Origin: Pirellulaceae bacterium
GTDB taxonomy: Bacteria > Planctomycetota > Planctomycetia > Pirellulales > Pirellulaceae
NCBI GenBank assembly: GCA_036821925.1
Contig: DAISIS010000001.1
Span: 1-39,028, forward strand
DNA: 39,028 bases
Direction: 5' to 3'
Under the pieces are notes generated by a model. The model saw only the letters and a program-made list of their open reading frames with translations. It had not been told where the DNA came from and made no database searches. The translations under genes were made by a program, and so were the position numbers. Positions 16,559 through 26,723 of this stretch are shown here, one piece after another. Positions within the stretch are counted from its first letter, which is position 1. Each line of letters opens with the position of its first letter.

Positions 16559-17947
16559 ATGCCGGAAGCCAGGGAACAGATTCACTTCGTGACAGGGCGT
16601 CTGGCCGAGCACGCGCTGCGGCAGATGCTCGATCAGCTGGCGCCGTCCGCCGGCTTTGCCTTCACGCTGCAGGTCCTGCCCATCTCGGTTGCTGCCCTCA
16701 TGACGCCCCAGTGGCTGGAGCCGCGCATCCACGTGCCGCCGGCCACCACGCGCGTCGTGATTCCCGGTTACTGTCAGGGGGACCTGCGGGGGCTGGCCGA
16801 AAAGGCCGGCACGATCGTGGAACGTGGCCCACGCGATCTGCGGCAGCTGCCGGAGTATCTGGGTGCCGACGGCGCGCGCGGGCCCGACGTGAGCGCCCAC
16901 TCGATCGAGATCCTGGCGGAGATCAACCACGCGCCGCGGCTGACGCGCGGCGCGATCGTGCAGCAGGCGCAGGAGCTGGTGGCGCAGGGCGCGGATGTGA
17001 TCGACGTAGGCTGTGAACCGGGCGATCCGTGGACAGGGGTGGGCGAGTGCGTTCGCGCGCTTTGCGATGCCGGGTGCCGGGTTTCCATCGACAGCTTTCA
17101 TCCGCGGGAAGTCGAACTGGCGGTGCAGGCCGGCGCCGAACTCGTCCTGTCGGTCAACGCAGAGAATCGGGTGGCGGCGGCCGACTGGGGCTGTGAGGTG
17201 GTGGTCATTCCCGACAGCCTCCAGATGCTGGACAGCCTGGACGAGACGGTGGAGTACCTTGCGCAGCGGCAGGTCCCCCTGCGGCTCGATCCCATCCTCG
17301 AGCCGATCGGGCTGGGCTTCGCCGCCAGTCTGTGGCGGTACCTCGACCTGCGGCGCCGCTATCCCGAGTGGCCGATGCTGATGGGGATCGGCAATCTGAC
17401 GGAGATGACCGATGCCGATTCCGCGGCGATCAATGTCCTGCTGCTGGGCTTTTGCCAGGAGACGAACATCCGCAGCGTGCTGACGACCCAGGTCATCAAC
17501 TGGGCGCGCAGCAGCGTGCGTGAGTGCGCCATAGCGCGGCGGCTGGTGCACCATGCGGTGCGGCAACATATTCCTCCCAAGCACCTCTTGCACGACCTGG
17601 TCATCCTGCGCGACCGGAAGCTGGCGTCTTACGGCGCCGAGCAGCTCGATGAGCTTGCCCGTCGCATCGAGGATCACAACGTGCGGATCTTCGCGGAAGA
17701 GGGACAGCTCCATGCGCTGAGGTCCGGCAAACGGCTGGCGGATGCCGACCCGTTTGCGCTGTTTGAACGGCTGGCTGCGGAGTTTCCTGATCATCTCGAT
17801 CCGTCGCACGCGTTCTATCTGGGCTTCGAAATGTGCAAGGCGCTCACGGCGCTGACCTTGGACAAGGAATACCGGCAGGACGAAGCGCTGGACTGGGGAT
17901 ACCTGACGGTGGCGGAGGAGCTGCATCGCCTGCAGCGCCGCAAATGA
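16559..17947 (+). CDS. dihydropteroate-synthase-like pterin-binding protein with extra N- and C-terminal domains (H4MPT-type)
   Basis: Central pterin-binding-like core (ILAEINHAPRL..., ELVAQGADVIDVGCEPG, SIDSF, DPILEPIGLGF, MGIGNLTE). It is flanked by a ~110-aa N-domain and a ~130-aa C-domain. I know this architecture from the DHPS-related genes of methanopterin clusters. Confidence 0.78.
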   Translation: MPEAREQIHFVTGRLAEHALRQMLDQLAPSAGFAFTLQVLPISVAALMTPQWLEPRIHVPPATTRVVIPGYCQGDLRGLAEKAGTIVERGPRDLRQLPEYLGADGARGPDVSAHSIEILAEINHAPRLTRGAIVQQAQELVAQGADVIDVGCEPGDPWTGVGECVRALCDAGCRVSIDSFHPREVELAVQAGAELVLSVNAENRVAAADWGCEVVVIPDSLQMLDSLDETVEYLAQRQVPLRLDPILEPIGLGFAASLWRYLDLRRRYPEWPMLMGIGNLTEMTDADSAAINVLLLGFCQETNIRSVLTTQVINWARSSVRECAIARRLVHHAVRQHIPPKHLLHDLVILRDRKLASYGAEQLDELARRIEDHNVRIFAEEGQLHALRSGKRLADADPFALFERLAAEFPDHLDPSHAFYLGFEMCKALTALTLDKEYRQDEALDWGYLTVAEELHRLQRRK

Positions 17948-17995
17948 CTCGGCAGTGGCCGACACCCGAACCACGGTTTGCGCGAAGCGACTCGC

Positions 17996-19441
17996 ATGAA
18001 TGCACAGCCGGACAATGCACAGAAGGTGGCGCCGGGAGTGCCGCTGGTCCAGGAACTGGTGCCGGCCCCTGACCCGGTGGACGTGTGCCACCGGCTGCGC
18101 GAGTTGCCGTACTGCATCTTTCTGGACAGTGCGCTGCGCGACCCGCGGTTGGGCCGGTACTCGTTCGTGGCCGCGGACCCGTTCGCCTATTGCGAAGTTC
18201 GGGCCGACGGTTCCGACGCGCTGACGACACTCGCGCGCCGCATGCAGCCGCTCTGGGCGCCGACGGTGGAAGGGCTGCCCCCTTTCCAGGGCGGCGCGGC
18301 CGGGCTGTTAGCCTACGATTTGAACCGCAGTCTGGAGCGGGTTCCGGCAGCCCAGTGCGACGAATTCCAGGTGCCGGCGCTGGCTGTCGGGATCTACGAT
18401 GTCGTGGTGGCGTTCGATCATCTGTGCCGGCGGGCGTGGGTCGTGTCGCAGGGGCTGCCGGAGCTGGACGCCGGCCGGCGGTCGCGCCGCGCTGCGCAGC
18501 GATGCGATGAGGTCCTGGGATGGCTCGCCGGCCGCACGCCGTCGCCGGCGGCGCGCCCGGCCGCTGAGCGTCCGCCGCTGGCCCGTTCACAACTGGCGGC
18601 ACAGTACCCGGTGGCCGACGATCCCGAGTTGACGAGCAACTTCACGGCCCGCGGATACTGTGACGTGATCCACCGGGGAATCGAGTACATACGTGCGGGG
18701 GATGTGTTCCAGGTGAACTTGGCTCAGCGGCTGCTGTATCCTGCGCGGCACGACCCCTGGACGCTGTACCTGCGTCTCCGCGCGCGCAATCCGGCGACCT
18801 TTGCCGGCTATTTCGACCTGGGGGATTTCCAGCTGGTGAGTGCCTCGCCCGAGCGGTTCCTGGCCGTCCGTGGCGGCCAGGTGGAAACGCGGCCGATCAA
18901 AGGTACCTGCCAGCGGTACGGGAACCCGGAAGCGGACCTGTATGCCGCCGGCGGTCTGTGTGCGAGCGAGAAGGACCGGGCCGAAAACGTCATGATTGTG
19001 GACCTGTTGCGGAATGATCTCGCGCGTGTCTGCCGCCCCGAGTCGCTGCGCGTGACGGACCTGTGCCGACTGGAGGTCTATCAGTATGTGCAGCATCTGG
19101 TGTCGGTGGTGGTCGGCACGCTGATGCCGGGCCGCACGCCGCTGGATGCGGTCCGCGCCGCCTTTCCAGGCGGGTCGATTACCGGGGCCCCGAAGGTGCG
19201 CGCCATGGAGATCATTCAGGAGCTGGAGCCGAACGCCCGGGGTGCATACTGTGGATCGCTCGGGTATCTTGGTTTTGACGGCACGCTGGATCTGAGTATC
19301 CTGATTCGGACCATCACCGCGGGACGTGGCTGGTGGCAGATGCCCGTGGGCGGCGGCATTGTCGCACAGTCGGTTCCCGCGCACGAGTACGCGGAGACGT
19401 GGCACAAGGCAGTCGGTCTGCTGCGCGCGTTGCGCGACTGA
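17996..19441 (+). CDS. pabB: aminodeoxychorismate synthase component I (chorismate-binding enzyme)
   Basis: Contains GDVFQVNLAQR, SASPERFL, RPIKGT, ENVMIVDLLRNDL, PGGSITGAPKVRAMEIIQELE and RGAYCGSLGY. ATG 17996 is preferred; TTG 17978 is an alternative. Confidence 0.88.
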   Translation: MNAQPDNAQKVAPGVPLVQELVPAPDPVDVCHRLRELPYCIFLDSALRDPRLGRYSFVAADPFAYCEVRADGSDALTTLARRMQPLWAPTVEGLPPFQGGAAGLLAYDLNRSLERVPAAQCDEFQVPALAVGIYDVVVAFDHLCRRAWVVSQGLPELDAGRRSRRAAQRCDEVLGWLAGRTPSPAARPAAERPPLARSQLAAQYPVADDPELTSNFTARGYCDVIHRGIEYIRAGDVFQVNLAQRLLYPARHDPWTLYLRLRARNPATFAGYFDLGDFQLVSASPERFLAVRGGQVETRPIKGTCQRYGNPEADLYAAGGLCASEKDRAENVMIVDLLRNDLARVCRPESLRVTDLCRLEVYQYVQHLVSVVVGTLMPGRTPLDAVRAAFPGGSITGAPKVRAMEIIQELEPNARGAYCGSLGYLGFDGTLDLSILIRTITAGRGWWQMPVGGGIVAQSVPAHEYAETWHKAVGLLRALRD

Positions 19442-19451
19442 TGCAGGGCCC

Positions 19452-20114
19452 ATGATACTGTTGATCGATAACTACGACAGCTTCGCTCACAACCTGGCAC
19501 GCTACCTGGTGCGGCTCGGTATGGACGTCGAGGTGCGGCGCAACGACGCCCTGACGGTGGCTCAGATACACCGCTGGCAGCCGGCCGCCATCGTCCTGTC
19601 GCCGGGACCGTGCACACCCCACGAAGCCGGGTGTTCGCTGGACGTCGTGCGCGCCTGCTGGGCCGACTACCCGCTCCTCGGCGTCTGCCTGGGGCATCAG
19701 GCCATTGTGGCCGCATTCGGCGGCACGATCTGCCGGGCACCCCAGCCGATGCATGGCCGGACGAGCGCCGTGTGGCACGATCGCCGGGGAGTTTTCCAGG
19801 GTGTCCCCAGCCCGTTCACCGCGTGCCGGTACCATTCGCTGATGGCCGCGCACCGGCGCCTGCGCGCGGCGCTGGCGGTCTGCGGCATGACGGCGGACCG
19901 CGTGATCATGGCTGTTCGCCACCGCCGATACCCCGTCGTGGGTCTGCAGTTCCATCCCGAGTCGATCCTGACGCAGCACGGGTACCGCATCCTCGCCAAT
20001 TTCCTGCAGATGGCCCGGTTGGAGGTGCCCGCACGGTTGCCCGATCTGGATGATGAACGGCATACTGTACCACAGGTGCACGACGCGTTGCCGCTGGCAC
20101 CGGTGACGTTCTGA
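19452..20114 (+). CDS. pabA: aminodeoxychorismate/anthranilate synthase component II (glutamine amidotransferase)
   Basis: Begins MILLIDNYDSFAHNLARYL. Catalytic GVCLGHQ and LQFHPES. The ATG is 10 nt after the pabB stop. Confidence 0.9.
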   Translation: MILLIDNYDSFAHNLARYLVRLGMDVEVRRNDALTVAQIHRWQPAAIVLSPGPCTPHEAGCSLDVVRACWADYPLLGVCLGHQAIVAAFGGTICRAPQPMHGRTSAVWHDRRGVFQGVPSPFTACRYHSLMAAHRRLRAALAVCGMTADRVIMAVRHRRYPVVGLQFHPESILTQHGYRILANFLQMARLEVPARLPDLDDERHTVPQVHDALPLAPVTF

Positions 20115-20233
20115 AGTCAGACTGTCTGCTCGTCGCGGCGTTGGGCTCCGCCAGCGGGTGCCGCGGGCCGTGCGGCAGGCGACGAGGGTGGAGTGCTTGA
20201 AGTGCCGGTCCTGTTGCAGGGAGGGTGCCACTC

Positions 20234-21760
20234 GTGATTCTGGAAAGCATCGTCACGACGCTCGACGCGGACGGTTCGGTTCACATTGCCGCCATGGGGC
20301 CGGAAGTGTCCGACGGATTCGATCACTTCGTGTTGCGGCCGTATCAGACGTCGCGGACCTACGCCAATCTGCGGCGCACGCGGCAAGGCGTGCTGCACGT
20401 CACGGATGATGTGGAACTCATGGCGCAGGCGGCGATCGGGCACTTTGAGCAATCGCCACGCCACCGTGCAGCGCCCGTGATCCAGGGTGCGATTCTCGAG
20501 GCCGCCTGCCGCTGGTATGCCTTTGAGGTGGAATCGATTGACGATCGGTCGCCGCGGGCAGTCCTGCCGTGCCGGGTTGTGGCCGAAGGGAAACTGCGTG
20601 ACTTTCTGGGGTTCAACCGGGCGCGGCACGCGGTGGTCGAGGCGGCCATCCTGGCCACGCGGCTCCCTCTCCTGCCGCTCAACGCCGTGTGCAACGAGCT
20701 GCAGCGGCTGGCCCCCGTGGTGGAGAAGACCGGGGGCCCGGCGGAGCGGCGGGCGTTCGCGCTGCTGCACACGTTTGTCACCGCGCGTCAGACGCTGCGC
20801 GTGCAGGCGCCGTCGCGGCTCCACTTCGGGATGTTCTCGTTCGGCCACCCCGGGCGTCAATTTGGCGGCGTGGGGGTGATGGTGGCGCAACCCGCCTTGC
20901 GTCTGGCGGTCGACCCCGCGGAGCAGTGGGAAGCTGTGGGGCCACGAGCCGATGACATGGCCGCCTGCGCCCGCCGCTGCTGTGAAGCGTGGGGATACGA
21001 CGCGCTGCCCCCCTGCCGCCTGCAGCTCGAGGAGATGCCTCGCCGCCATGTCGGATTGGGCAGCGGCACCCAGCTCGCGTTCGCGGTCGCCGCCGGTCTG
21101 CGCGCGTGGTACCGCCAGCTGCCGTTGTCGCCGGAGGAGCTCGCACACATCACCGGTCGTGGCCGCCGCTCGGCGGTCGGCACGTACGGGTTCGTGCATG
21201 GCGGCTTGATCGTCGAATCCGGACGGTTGCCTGACGACGTGCTGGGCCCGCTCGAGCACCGCCTGGAGGTGCCGGCCGCCTGGCGCTTTGTGCTGGTCAC
21301 CTGCCGCCAGTGCCAGGGCCTGTCAGGTGTGGACGAGCAGCAGGCGTTTGCCGCCCTGCCGCCGGTCAGCGCGGCGGTGCGTCAGGAGTTGCTGGACGAA
21401 GTCGCCCAACGCATGCTGCCCGCCCTCCGGGCCAGTGATTGCCGGGCCTTCGGAGAAAGCCTGTACCGCTACGGCCGTACGGCGGGAGAGTGCTTCGCAG
21501 CTGTCCAGGGTGGACCGTACAATGGACCGACGGTCGCGCACCTGGTGGATGAGATCCGAACGCTCGGTGTGCCCGGCGTCGGACAGAGCTCCTGGGGGCC
21601 TACCGTGTTCTGCGTCGTAGAGAATCAGGAGGCTGCCGAGCGGCTCCAGCGGGAACTGCTCAGTCGCAGCCCCCCGCAACCGCTGGATATCGTGATCTCG
21701 CCCCCCGACAATCGCGGCGCTGTGGTGACGCGCGGCACGAGCGACGAGGTGGAGGATTAG
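20234..21760 (+). CDS. mptG: fusion protein: DUF447 domain + beta-ribofuranosylaminobenzene 5'-phosphate (RFAP) synthase
   Basis: GGAGG at 20220-24 is 9 nt before GTG 20234; the track start GTG 20225 has no spacing. The N-terminal ~185 aa are DUF447-like ([21 protein letters not shown]...[18 protein letters not shown]). From about nt 20790 the body is GHMP-fold and MptG-like ([17 protein letters not shown]...[45 protein letters not shown]). Confidence 0.8.
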   Translation: MILESIVTTLDADGSVHIAAMGPEVSDGFDHFVLRPYQTSRTYANLRRTRQGVLHVTDDVELMAQAAIGHFEQSPRHRAAPVIQGAILEAACRWYAFEVESIDDRSPRAVLPCRVVAEGKLRDFLGFNRARHAVVEAAILATRLPLLPLNAVCNELQRLAPVVEKTGGPAERRAFALLHTFVTARQTLRVQAPSRLHFGMFSFGHPGRQFGGVGVMVAQPALRLAVDPAEQWEAVGPRADDMAACARRCCEAWGYDALPPCRLQLEEMPRRHVGLGSGTQLAFAVAAGLRAWYRQLPLSPEELAHITGRGRRSAVGTYGFVHGGLIVESGRLPDDVLGPLEHRLEVPAAWRFVLVTCRQCQGLSGVDEQQAFAALPPVSAAVRQELLDEVAQRMLPALRASDCRAFGESLYRYGRTAGECFAAVQGGPYNGPTVAHLVDEIRTLGVPGVGQSSWGPTVFCVVENQEAAERLQRELLSRSPPQPLDIVISPPDNRGAVVTRGTSDEVED

Positions 21761-21830
21761 CTTCTTCCGTGGACCGTTCCTGCGATCGGGCAGCGAACAT
21801 TGGGCAATTCAAGCTGTGAGGACTACCACC

Positions 21831-22565
21831 ATGCCTGAACTGGGCGTCAATGTTGATCATGTGGCCACGGTGCGCCAAGCGCGCAAGACCTATGAACCCG
21901 ATCCAGTCTGGGCGGCTGTGGCGGCCGAACTGGGTGGGGCGGACGGCATCACGATCCACCTGCGGGAAGACCGCCGGCATATCTGCGACCGCGACCTGCG
22001 CCTGCTCCGCGAGACTGTCACGGTGAAGCTGAACCTGGAACTGGCGGCGGTGTCCGACGTGGTATCGATCGCCTGCGACGTGCGGCCGGATCAGGCGACG
22101 CTGGTGCCGGAGCGGCGGGAGGAAGTGACGACGGAGGGAGGCTTGGACGTGGTCGCGCACCGCGTGCACGTGGCGGAGGCGGTCAAGCGCCTCCACGACG
22201 CGGGGGTGGCGGTCAGCCTGTTTCTGGATCCCGACGAACCGCAGCTGGCGGCCGCTGCGCAGTTGGGTGTCGAGGCGGTGGAACTGCACACCGGCCAGTA
22301 CGCCCTGGCGCGCGGCAGCCGGGTAGCTGAGGAGCTGGCCAAACTCGCCGTGGCAGGACGTCAGATCTGTCAGGCGGGGATGGCACTTCACGCAGGGCAC
22401 GGCCTGAACTACCACAACGTCATGCCGGTGGCGGCGTTGACCCGGATGCACGAGTTGAACATTGGCCACAGCATCATCGCGCGCGCGCTGATGATCGGGA
22501 TGACCGAGGCCGTGCGCGAAATGAAGGCCTTGCTGCAGCAGGCGGTCCAGCGCGGCGGTGTCTGA
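21831..22565 (+). CDS. pdxJ: pyridoxine 5'-phosphate synthase
   Basis: Contains [38 protein letters not shown] and HAGHGLNY. Confidence 0.93.
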   Translation: MPELGVNVDHVATVRQARKTYEPDPVWAAVAAELGGADGITIHLREDRRHICDRDLRLLRETVTVKLNLELAAVSDVVSIACDVRPDQATLVPERREEVTTEGGLDVVAHRVHVAEAVKRLHDAGVAVSLFLDPDEPQLAAAAQLGVEAVELHTGQYALARGSRVAEELAKLAVAGRQICQAGMALHAGHGLNYHNVMPVAALTRMHELNIGHSIIARALMIGMTEAVREMKALLQQAVQRGGV

Positions 22566-22710
22566 ACGCGCGGAGCTGTCCGGTGAAGGCCGCTCGCCCC
22601 ACAGGGGTGGTGCTTCTCCGGTGACGCCCCTTTGCGGAGTCTGCAGGGCACGCGTATGATAGGCCACGATTGGGCTGTTCACCCCTTGGAAGCTGGGAGA
22701 GTTGACGGTG

Positions 22711-23598
22711 ATGACGCGGAAGGGATCAGCATTTGCCGGTGTCTCGGTCGCCCTGGTGACGCCGTTCCGCGACGGCGAACTGGACCTGCAGGCGCTGCGC
22801 GCGCAGGTGGAGTTCCAGATTGCGGCGGGCACCGCCTGCCTCTGCCCCGTGGGAACGACCGGCGAGTCGCCGACGTTGTCGCATGACGAGCACGAGCGGG
22901 TAATCTCGGAGGTCGTGCAGGCGGCGGCGGGCCGTGTGAAAGTCATGGCGGGGACGGGGTCGAACAGCACGCGCGAAGCGCTGCGGCTGACACGATGGGC
23001 GGCCCAGGCCGGCGCGGACGCGGCGCTGATGGTGGCGCCGTATTACAACAAACCGACGCAGGAGGGGTTTTACCAGCACTTCCGCGCGGTGGCGGAAGAG
23101 GTCGATCTGCCGATCTGTGTCTACAACATTCCGGGACGCACCGGGAAGAATATCGAGCCGGAGACGATCGCCCGGCTCGCCGAACTCGCGAACGTCACGA
23201 TGGTCAAGGAAGCGACCGGGTCGCTGGATCAGGCTTCGCAGGTGCTGGCCACCACCAACCTGACCGTCTTGAGCGGCGACGACAGCCTCACGCTGCCGTT
23301 GCTGGCGGTGGGAGCCGAAGGGGTCATCTCCGTGGTAGCCAACATCGTACCGGGCGACATGCTGCAGCTGGTCGAGGCCTTCCGTGCCGGCCGGGTGGCC
23401 GCGGCGCAGCAGGCACACCTGCGGCTCTTCCCGTTGTGCCGTGATATGCTGGGACTGGCCACCAATCCGATCCCGATCAAGGCGGCCATGAAGCTGCTGG
23501 GGCGCGACACCGGCGAACTGCGGCTGCCCATGACGCCGCTCGATCCGGCCGGCGAAGCCTCGTTGCGCCAGACACTCGAACGGTTCGGTGTGCTCTGA
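22711..23598 (+). CDS. dapA: 4-hydroxy-tetrahydrodipicolinate synthase
   Basis: Contains [41 protein letters not shown] and VKEATGS (the Schiff-base Lys). GGGAGA Shine-Dalgarno 10 nt before ATG 22711. Confidence 0.93.
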   Translation: MTRKGSAFAGVSVALVTPFRDGELDLQALRAQVEFQIAAGTACLCPVGTTGESPTLSHDEHERVISEVVQAAAGRVKVMAGTGSNSTREALRLTRWAAQAGADAALMVAPYYNKPTQEGFYQHFRAVAEEVDLPICVYNIPGRTGKNIEPETIARLAELANVTMVKEATGSLDQASQVLATTNLTVLSGDDSLTLPLLAVGAEGVISVVANIVPGDMLQLVEAFRAGRVAAAQQAHLRLFPLCRDMLGLATNPIPIKAAMKLLGRDTGELRLPMTPLDPAGEASLRQTLERFGVL

Positions 23599-23670
23599 GT
23601 CAGCGCAGGCCGCGCTCGTGCGGTCGATCAGCCGGTCGCGGCTCCGTCCTGCGGGCAGGTGGCAGCTCCC

Positions 23671-24825
23671 ATGATGCGCGTGCTGGTGCTCTGCGAATAC
23701 CCGTCGCTCAACGGAGGCGAGCGCTCGCTGCTCGAAGCGGCCCGGCATATCGCGCCCGAGCAGGTCAGCTGGCTGTTCGGGGCGCCTCCGGCTGGCCCGC
23801 TGGCGCAGTGCCTGCAGCAGGCGGGCTGGCTGCACGAGCCGCTGATGTGCACGGACGCGCTGGGACGCCGGACGCCGCGCGACACGCTGCGCAGGCGGCT
23901 GGCAGCGCTGATCCGGCACTACCGCCCGCACGTGGTGCATGCCAATAGCGTGTCCATGGCGCGCCTGGCGGGACCGGTCGTGCGGGATCTGGACCAGCCG
24001 AGTATCGGGCATCTGCGTGACATCCTCCGGCTCAGCGCCGGTGCGCTGCACGACCTGGCCGCTCACCGCCGCCTCCTGGCCGTATCGGCCGCCACCCGCG
24101 ACTGGTATCGGGCGCAGGGTGGGCCCGGCGCGCGGATCGTGGTGGCGTACAACGGCGTGGACCTGGAGCGGTTTGCCCCCCGCGCGCCGACCGGCTACCT
24201 GCACGCCGAACTGGGCCTGGACCGGCGGGTGCGGCTGGTGGGGACCATTGGCCAGCTGGGCCTGCGCAAGGGAACGGACCTGTATGTGGCGGCGGCGCGG
24301 CAGCTGGCCGGGCGGGACCCCGCGGTGCACTTCCTGATCGTGGGCCAGCGTTACTCCCGGAAGGATGAGTCGCGTGCGTACGAACAGCGTCTGCGCGAGC
24401 AGGCGGAGGAGGGCGTGCTGCGCGGACGCGTTCACTTCCTGGGCGTGCGGACGGACGTGGACCGCTTGCTGGTCGAGCTGACCGCCTATGTGCATGCCGC
24501 GCGCCAGGAACCACTGGGCCGCGTGCTCCTCGAAGCGGCTGCCACCGGGTTGCCCGTGGTGGCTACGGATGTGGGTGGCACGCGCGAGATTTTTGCCGGC
24601 GCGCAGCCCTCGGCGCTGCTGGTGCCGCCGGATTCGGGCGCGCAATTGGCGCAGGGCGTGGAACGCATCCTGAACGAGGCGGCGCTGCGGCACGAGCTCG
24701 GCCGCGCAGCGCGGCGTCGTGCCGCCGCGGCGTTCGACGTGCGGCAGGCAGCCACGCGGCTGGTCGAGCATTATGCGGACATCGCCCGCGGGGAACCCTG
24801 GACACGGCGACAGGACGTGACCTAG
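23671..24825 (+). CDS. glycosyltransferase family 4 (GT-B fold)
   Basis: Begins MMRVLVLCEYPSLNGGE. C-terminal signature EPLGRVLLEAAATGLPVVATDVGGTREI. Confidence 0.88.
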   Translation: MMRVLVLCEYPSLNGGERSLLEAARHIAPEQVSWLFGAPPAGPLAQCLQQAGWLHEPLMCTDALGRRTPRDTLRRRLAALIRHYRPHVVHANSVSMARLAGPVVRDLDQPSIGHLRDILRLSAGALHDLAAHRRLLAVSAATRDWYRAQGGPGARIVVAYNGVDLERFAPRAPTGYLHAELGLDRRVRLVGTIGQLGLRKGTDLYVAAARQLAGRDPAVHFLIVGQRYSRKDESRAYEQRLREQAEEGVLRGRVHFLGVRTDVDRLLVELTAYVHAARQEPLGRVLLEAAATGLPVVATDVGGTREIFAGAQPSALLVPPDSGAQLAQGVERILNEAALRHELGRAARRRAAAAFDVRQAATRLVEHYADIARGEPWTRRQDVT

Positions 24826-25047
24826 GTTTGTCTGGTGCCGAGGTCTGCGGGCGGCCTGAACGCCGCAGCCTCCGGCCGCTCCCGGCGGCTCGCGGCCTGC
24901 GCCAGCCGTTGTGTTCGGTACTTTCGGCACCACGCGTATCTTCCGGCTCAGGGCCAGAACGCGCGATTGTCTGAGCTAGACTTGCAGCAGAGACGTCGCG
25001 CACGACCGACTGACCCATCGTTCCTGCCAGGTTGAGATTGCACTCCC

Positions 25048-25383
25048 ATGAAATGCGCCCAACTCGCCGAAAAAATCGAGAAACTCCAGCCTGACGCCGA
25101 TACGCGCGACGTGGCCCGCCTGTGTCTGCTGTTGAGCAACGGCACGCGTCCGGTCGACAATCTGACCGATGACAAGAATCTGACGCGGGCCTGGAAGGAA
25201 ATGGGATTGCGGCTGCAGGCGGCTACCGACCAGCACGCGGCCATGACGGAAGAACTGGAGCGGTTGGCCAAGTCCGATCCGAAAAAATTCACGCCGGACC
25301 AGATCTGGATCCTGATCCGCGCCATCAAGGTGCAGAGCCAGATCCTGCAGCTCTACATCGGTGACACCGGCATGGACGTGTGA
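25048..25383 (+). CDS. small helical hypothetical protein (111 aa)
   Basis: Protein-like, charged/helical composition with reasonable third-position GC. The overlapping minus-strand ORFs are Arg/Ala/Gly junk. No Shine-Dalgarno and no recognised family. Confidence 0.45.
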   Translation: MKCAQLAEKIEKLQPDADTRDVARLCLLLSNGTRPVDNLTDDKNLTRAWKEMGLRLQAATDQHAAMTEELERLAKSDPKKFTPDQIWILIRAIKVQSQILQLYIGDTGMDV

Positions 25384-25385
25384 CG

Positions 25386-26723
25386 TCAGGACACGGCGTT
25401 GAGCTGCCCGTGGCCGGGCAGGAAGAACCGGCGGACATAGGCGGGCCGGGCCGCAAAGTTCATGTGGATCCGGCTGCCCACGATGCGGTAGTCCCCGACC
25501 AGGTCGTGGCTGTGTTCCGCCTCCGACACCAGACCGGTCAGACACCCGTCGGGATGAATAATCCACTTCGAACTGAGATAGCCGCGCGCCCGCTCCTGCG
25601 CGGCGAACAGCCACGAGCCGCGCGCGAGCGTCACCTCTACCGGGCGATCGGGCGCCGGGGCCGGATTCCGCCGCGCCAGAGCTGGCAGCAGCCCGACCAT
25701 CGGCCAGTGATGTCCGCCGGGCATCACGATCTCGCGGCACAGGTAGGCCAGCCCGGCGCTCTCCGCATAGACCCGCCCGCCGGAGACCACATGGTTCCAC
25801 AGCGATTCCTTCATGCAGAAGTTCGCCGCCAGCTCCGATACATAGTCTTCGGGCTGGCCACAGCCGAAATAGACGACGTCCGTGTGATCCGGCAGCCGTT
25901 CACTCCGCAACGGCGAGAACACGCTCACCGTCGCCCCCTGCGACTCGAGCACGTCGAGCGTATCGGGAAAGTAACAGCGGAACGCGTCGTCATACGCCAC
26001 GGCCACATTCAGCGGGCGGGCAAACCCCTGCAGGCGAAACAAGTCGTCATTCACCGCGGTGAATGTCCGCTTGCTGGCGATGTCCAGCAGCGCCCCGAGC
26101 CGCAGACTGGGCCACAACGCATCCCCCAGCGCCTCGCATAGCTCGGTCGTCGGGTCCGTGTGCGGGGGCAGGTTCGCGATCAGCGACCGCACGGGGGCAA
26201 TCGGCCCCAGCCAGCCGAGCACCGGCACACCGTAATACGCTTCCAGGTCGGCCTGCACGCGACACAGCTGGCCGACGTCAGCGACGTTGTCCAGCAGGAT
26301 CCCTTCGATGCCGGACGGCAGCACCGGCGGACGACACGCCACCAGCCGCGCTGCATCCACGACGACCAGTCGCGGCAGATCCAACCAGCTGCACAACGTG
26401 TTCAGACTCCCACCCGACAGGCAGTGACAGGTCGGATCGTCATACTGCCCTTCCACCAGACCCACGTCGGCAAACCGCGCCGCGTTGTAGAACAGCTGGG
26501 CACAGACGTCCGGCTGCATCAGCCAGCTGTCGAGATGACGCAGGCCCTGGCCGGTGAGCGGCATTGACGCATCGCGGGTGGGAAACCGCGACTGGGATGA
26601 GAAGGCCTGAACGTGTAACCCGCCCCGCTCGAGCGCACTGATCAGCGCCCAGATCATCACCTGTGGGTCAGCGTCCGGTTGCACGGTTCCCACGGCGATC
26701 CGAGGCAACTGATTCATGCCCAT
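25386..26723 (-). CDS. CbiA/CobB (cobyrinate a,c-diamide synthase) family homolog with degenerate catalytic motifs
   Basis: Family-typical blocks: LDLPRLVVVDA, GILLDNV, GVPVLGWLG, NVAVAYDDAFRCYFPDTLDVLESQGATVSVFSPL, DVVYFGCGQPE, RVYAESAGLAYL, MVGLLP. The P-loop position reads GTVQPDADPQ and the GATase Cys position is Ser. ATG 26723 or 26717 is preferred to TTG 26741. Confidence 0.72.
   Translation of the reverse strand: MGMNQLPRIAVGTVQPDADPQVMIWALISALERGGLHVQAFSSQSRFPTRDASMPLTGQGLRHLDSWLMQPDVCAQLFYNAARFADVGLVEGQYDDPTCHCLSGGSLNTLCSWLDLPRLVVVDAARLVACRPPVLPSGIEGILLDNVADVGQLCRVQADLEAYYGVPVLGWLGPIAPVRSLIANLPPHTDPTTELCEALGDALWPSLRLGALLDIASKRTFTAVNDDLFRLQGFARPLNVAVAYDDAFRCYFPDTLDVLESQGATVSVFSPLRSERLPDHTDVVYFGCGQPEDYVSELAANFCMKESLWNHVVSGGRVYAESAGLAYLCREIVMPGGHHWPMVGLLPALARRNPAPAPDRPVEVTLARGSWLFAAQERARGYLSSKWIIHPDGCLTGLVSEAEHSHDLVGDYRIVGSRIHMNFAARPAYVRRFFLPGHGQLNAVS

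Noticed and set aside
15089-18091. 1000-aa minus-strand ORF
   Set aside because: It is antisense to four plus-strand genes with unmistakable homology (propeller, SDR, DHPS-like, pabB). The composition is Arg/His/Gln/Pro-rich with no recognisable motif. This is a typical shadow ORF of high-GC DNA.
20215-20230. Near-consensus sigma-54 -24/-12 element TGGCACCCTCCCTGCA on the minus strand
   Set aside because: It points into the 3' end of pabA with no minus-strand gene downstream. The same bases form the GGAGG ribosome-binding site of the DUF447-mptG gene on the plus strand.
22726-24933. 735-aa minus-strand ORF
   Set aside because: It is antisense to dapA and the GT4 gene. It is Arg/Gln/His/Pro-rich and has no motifs.
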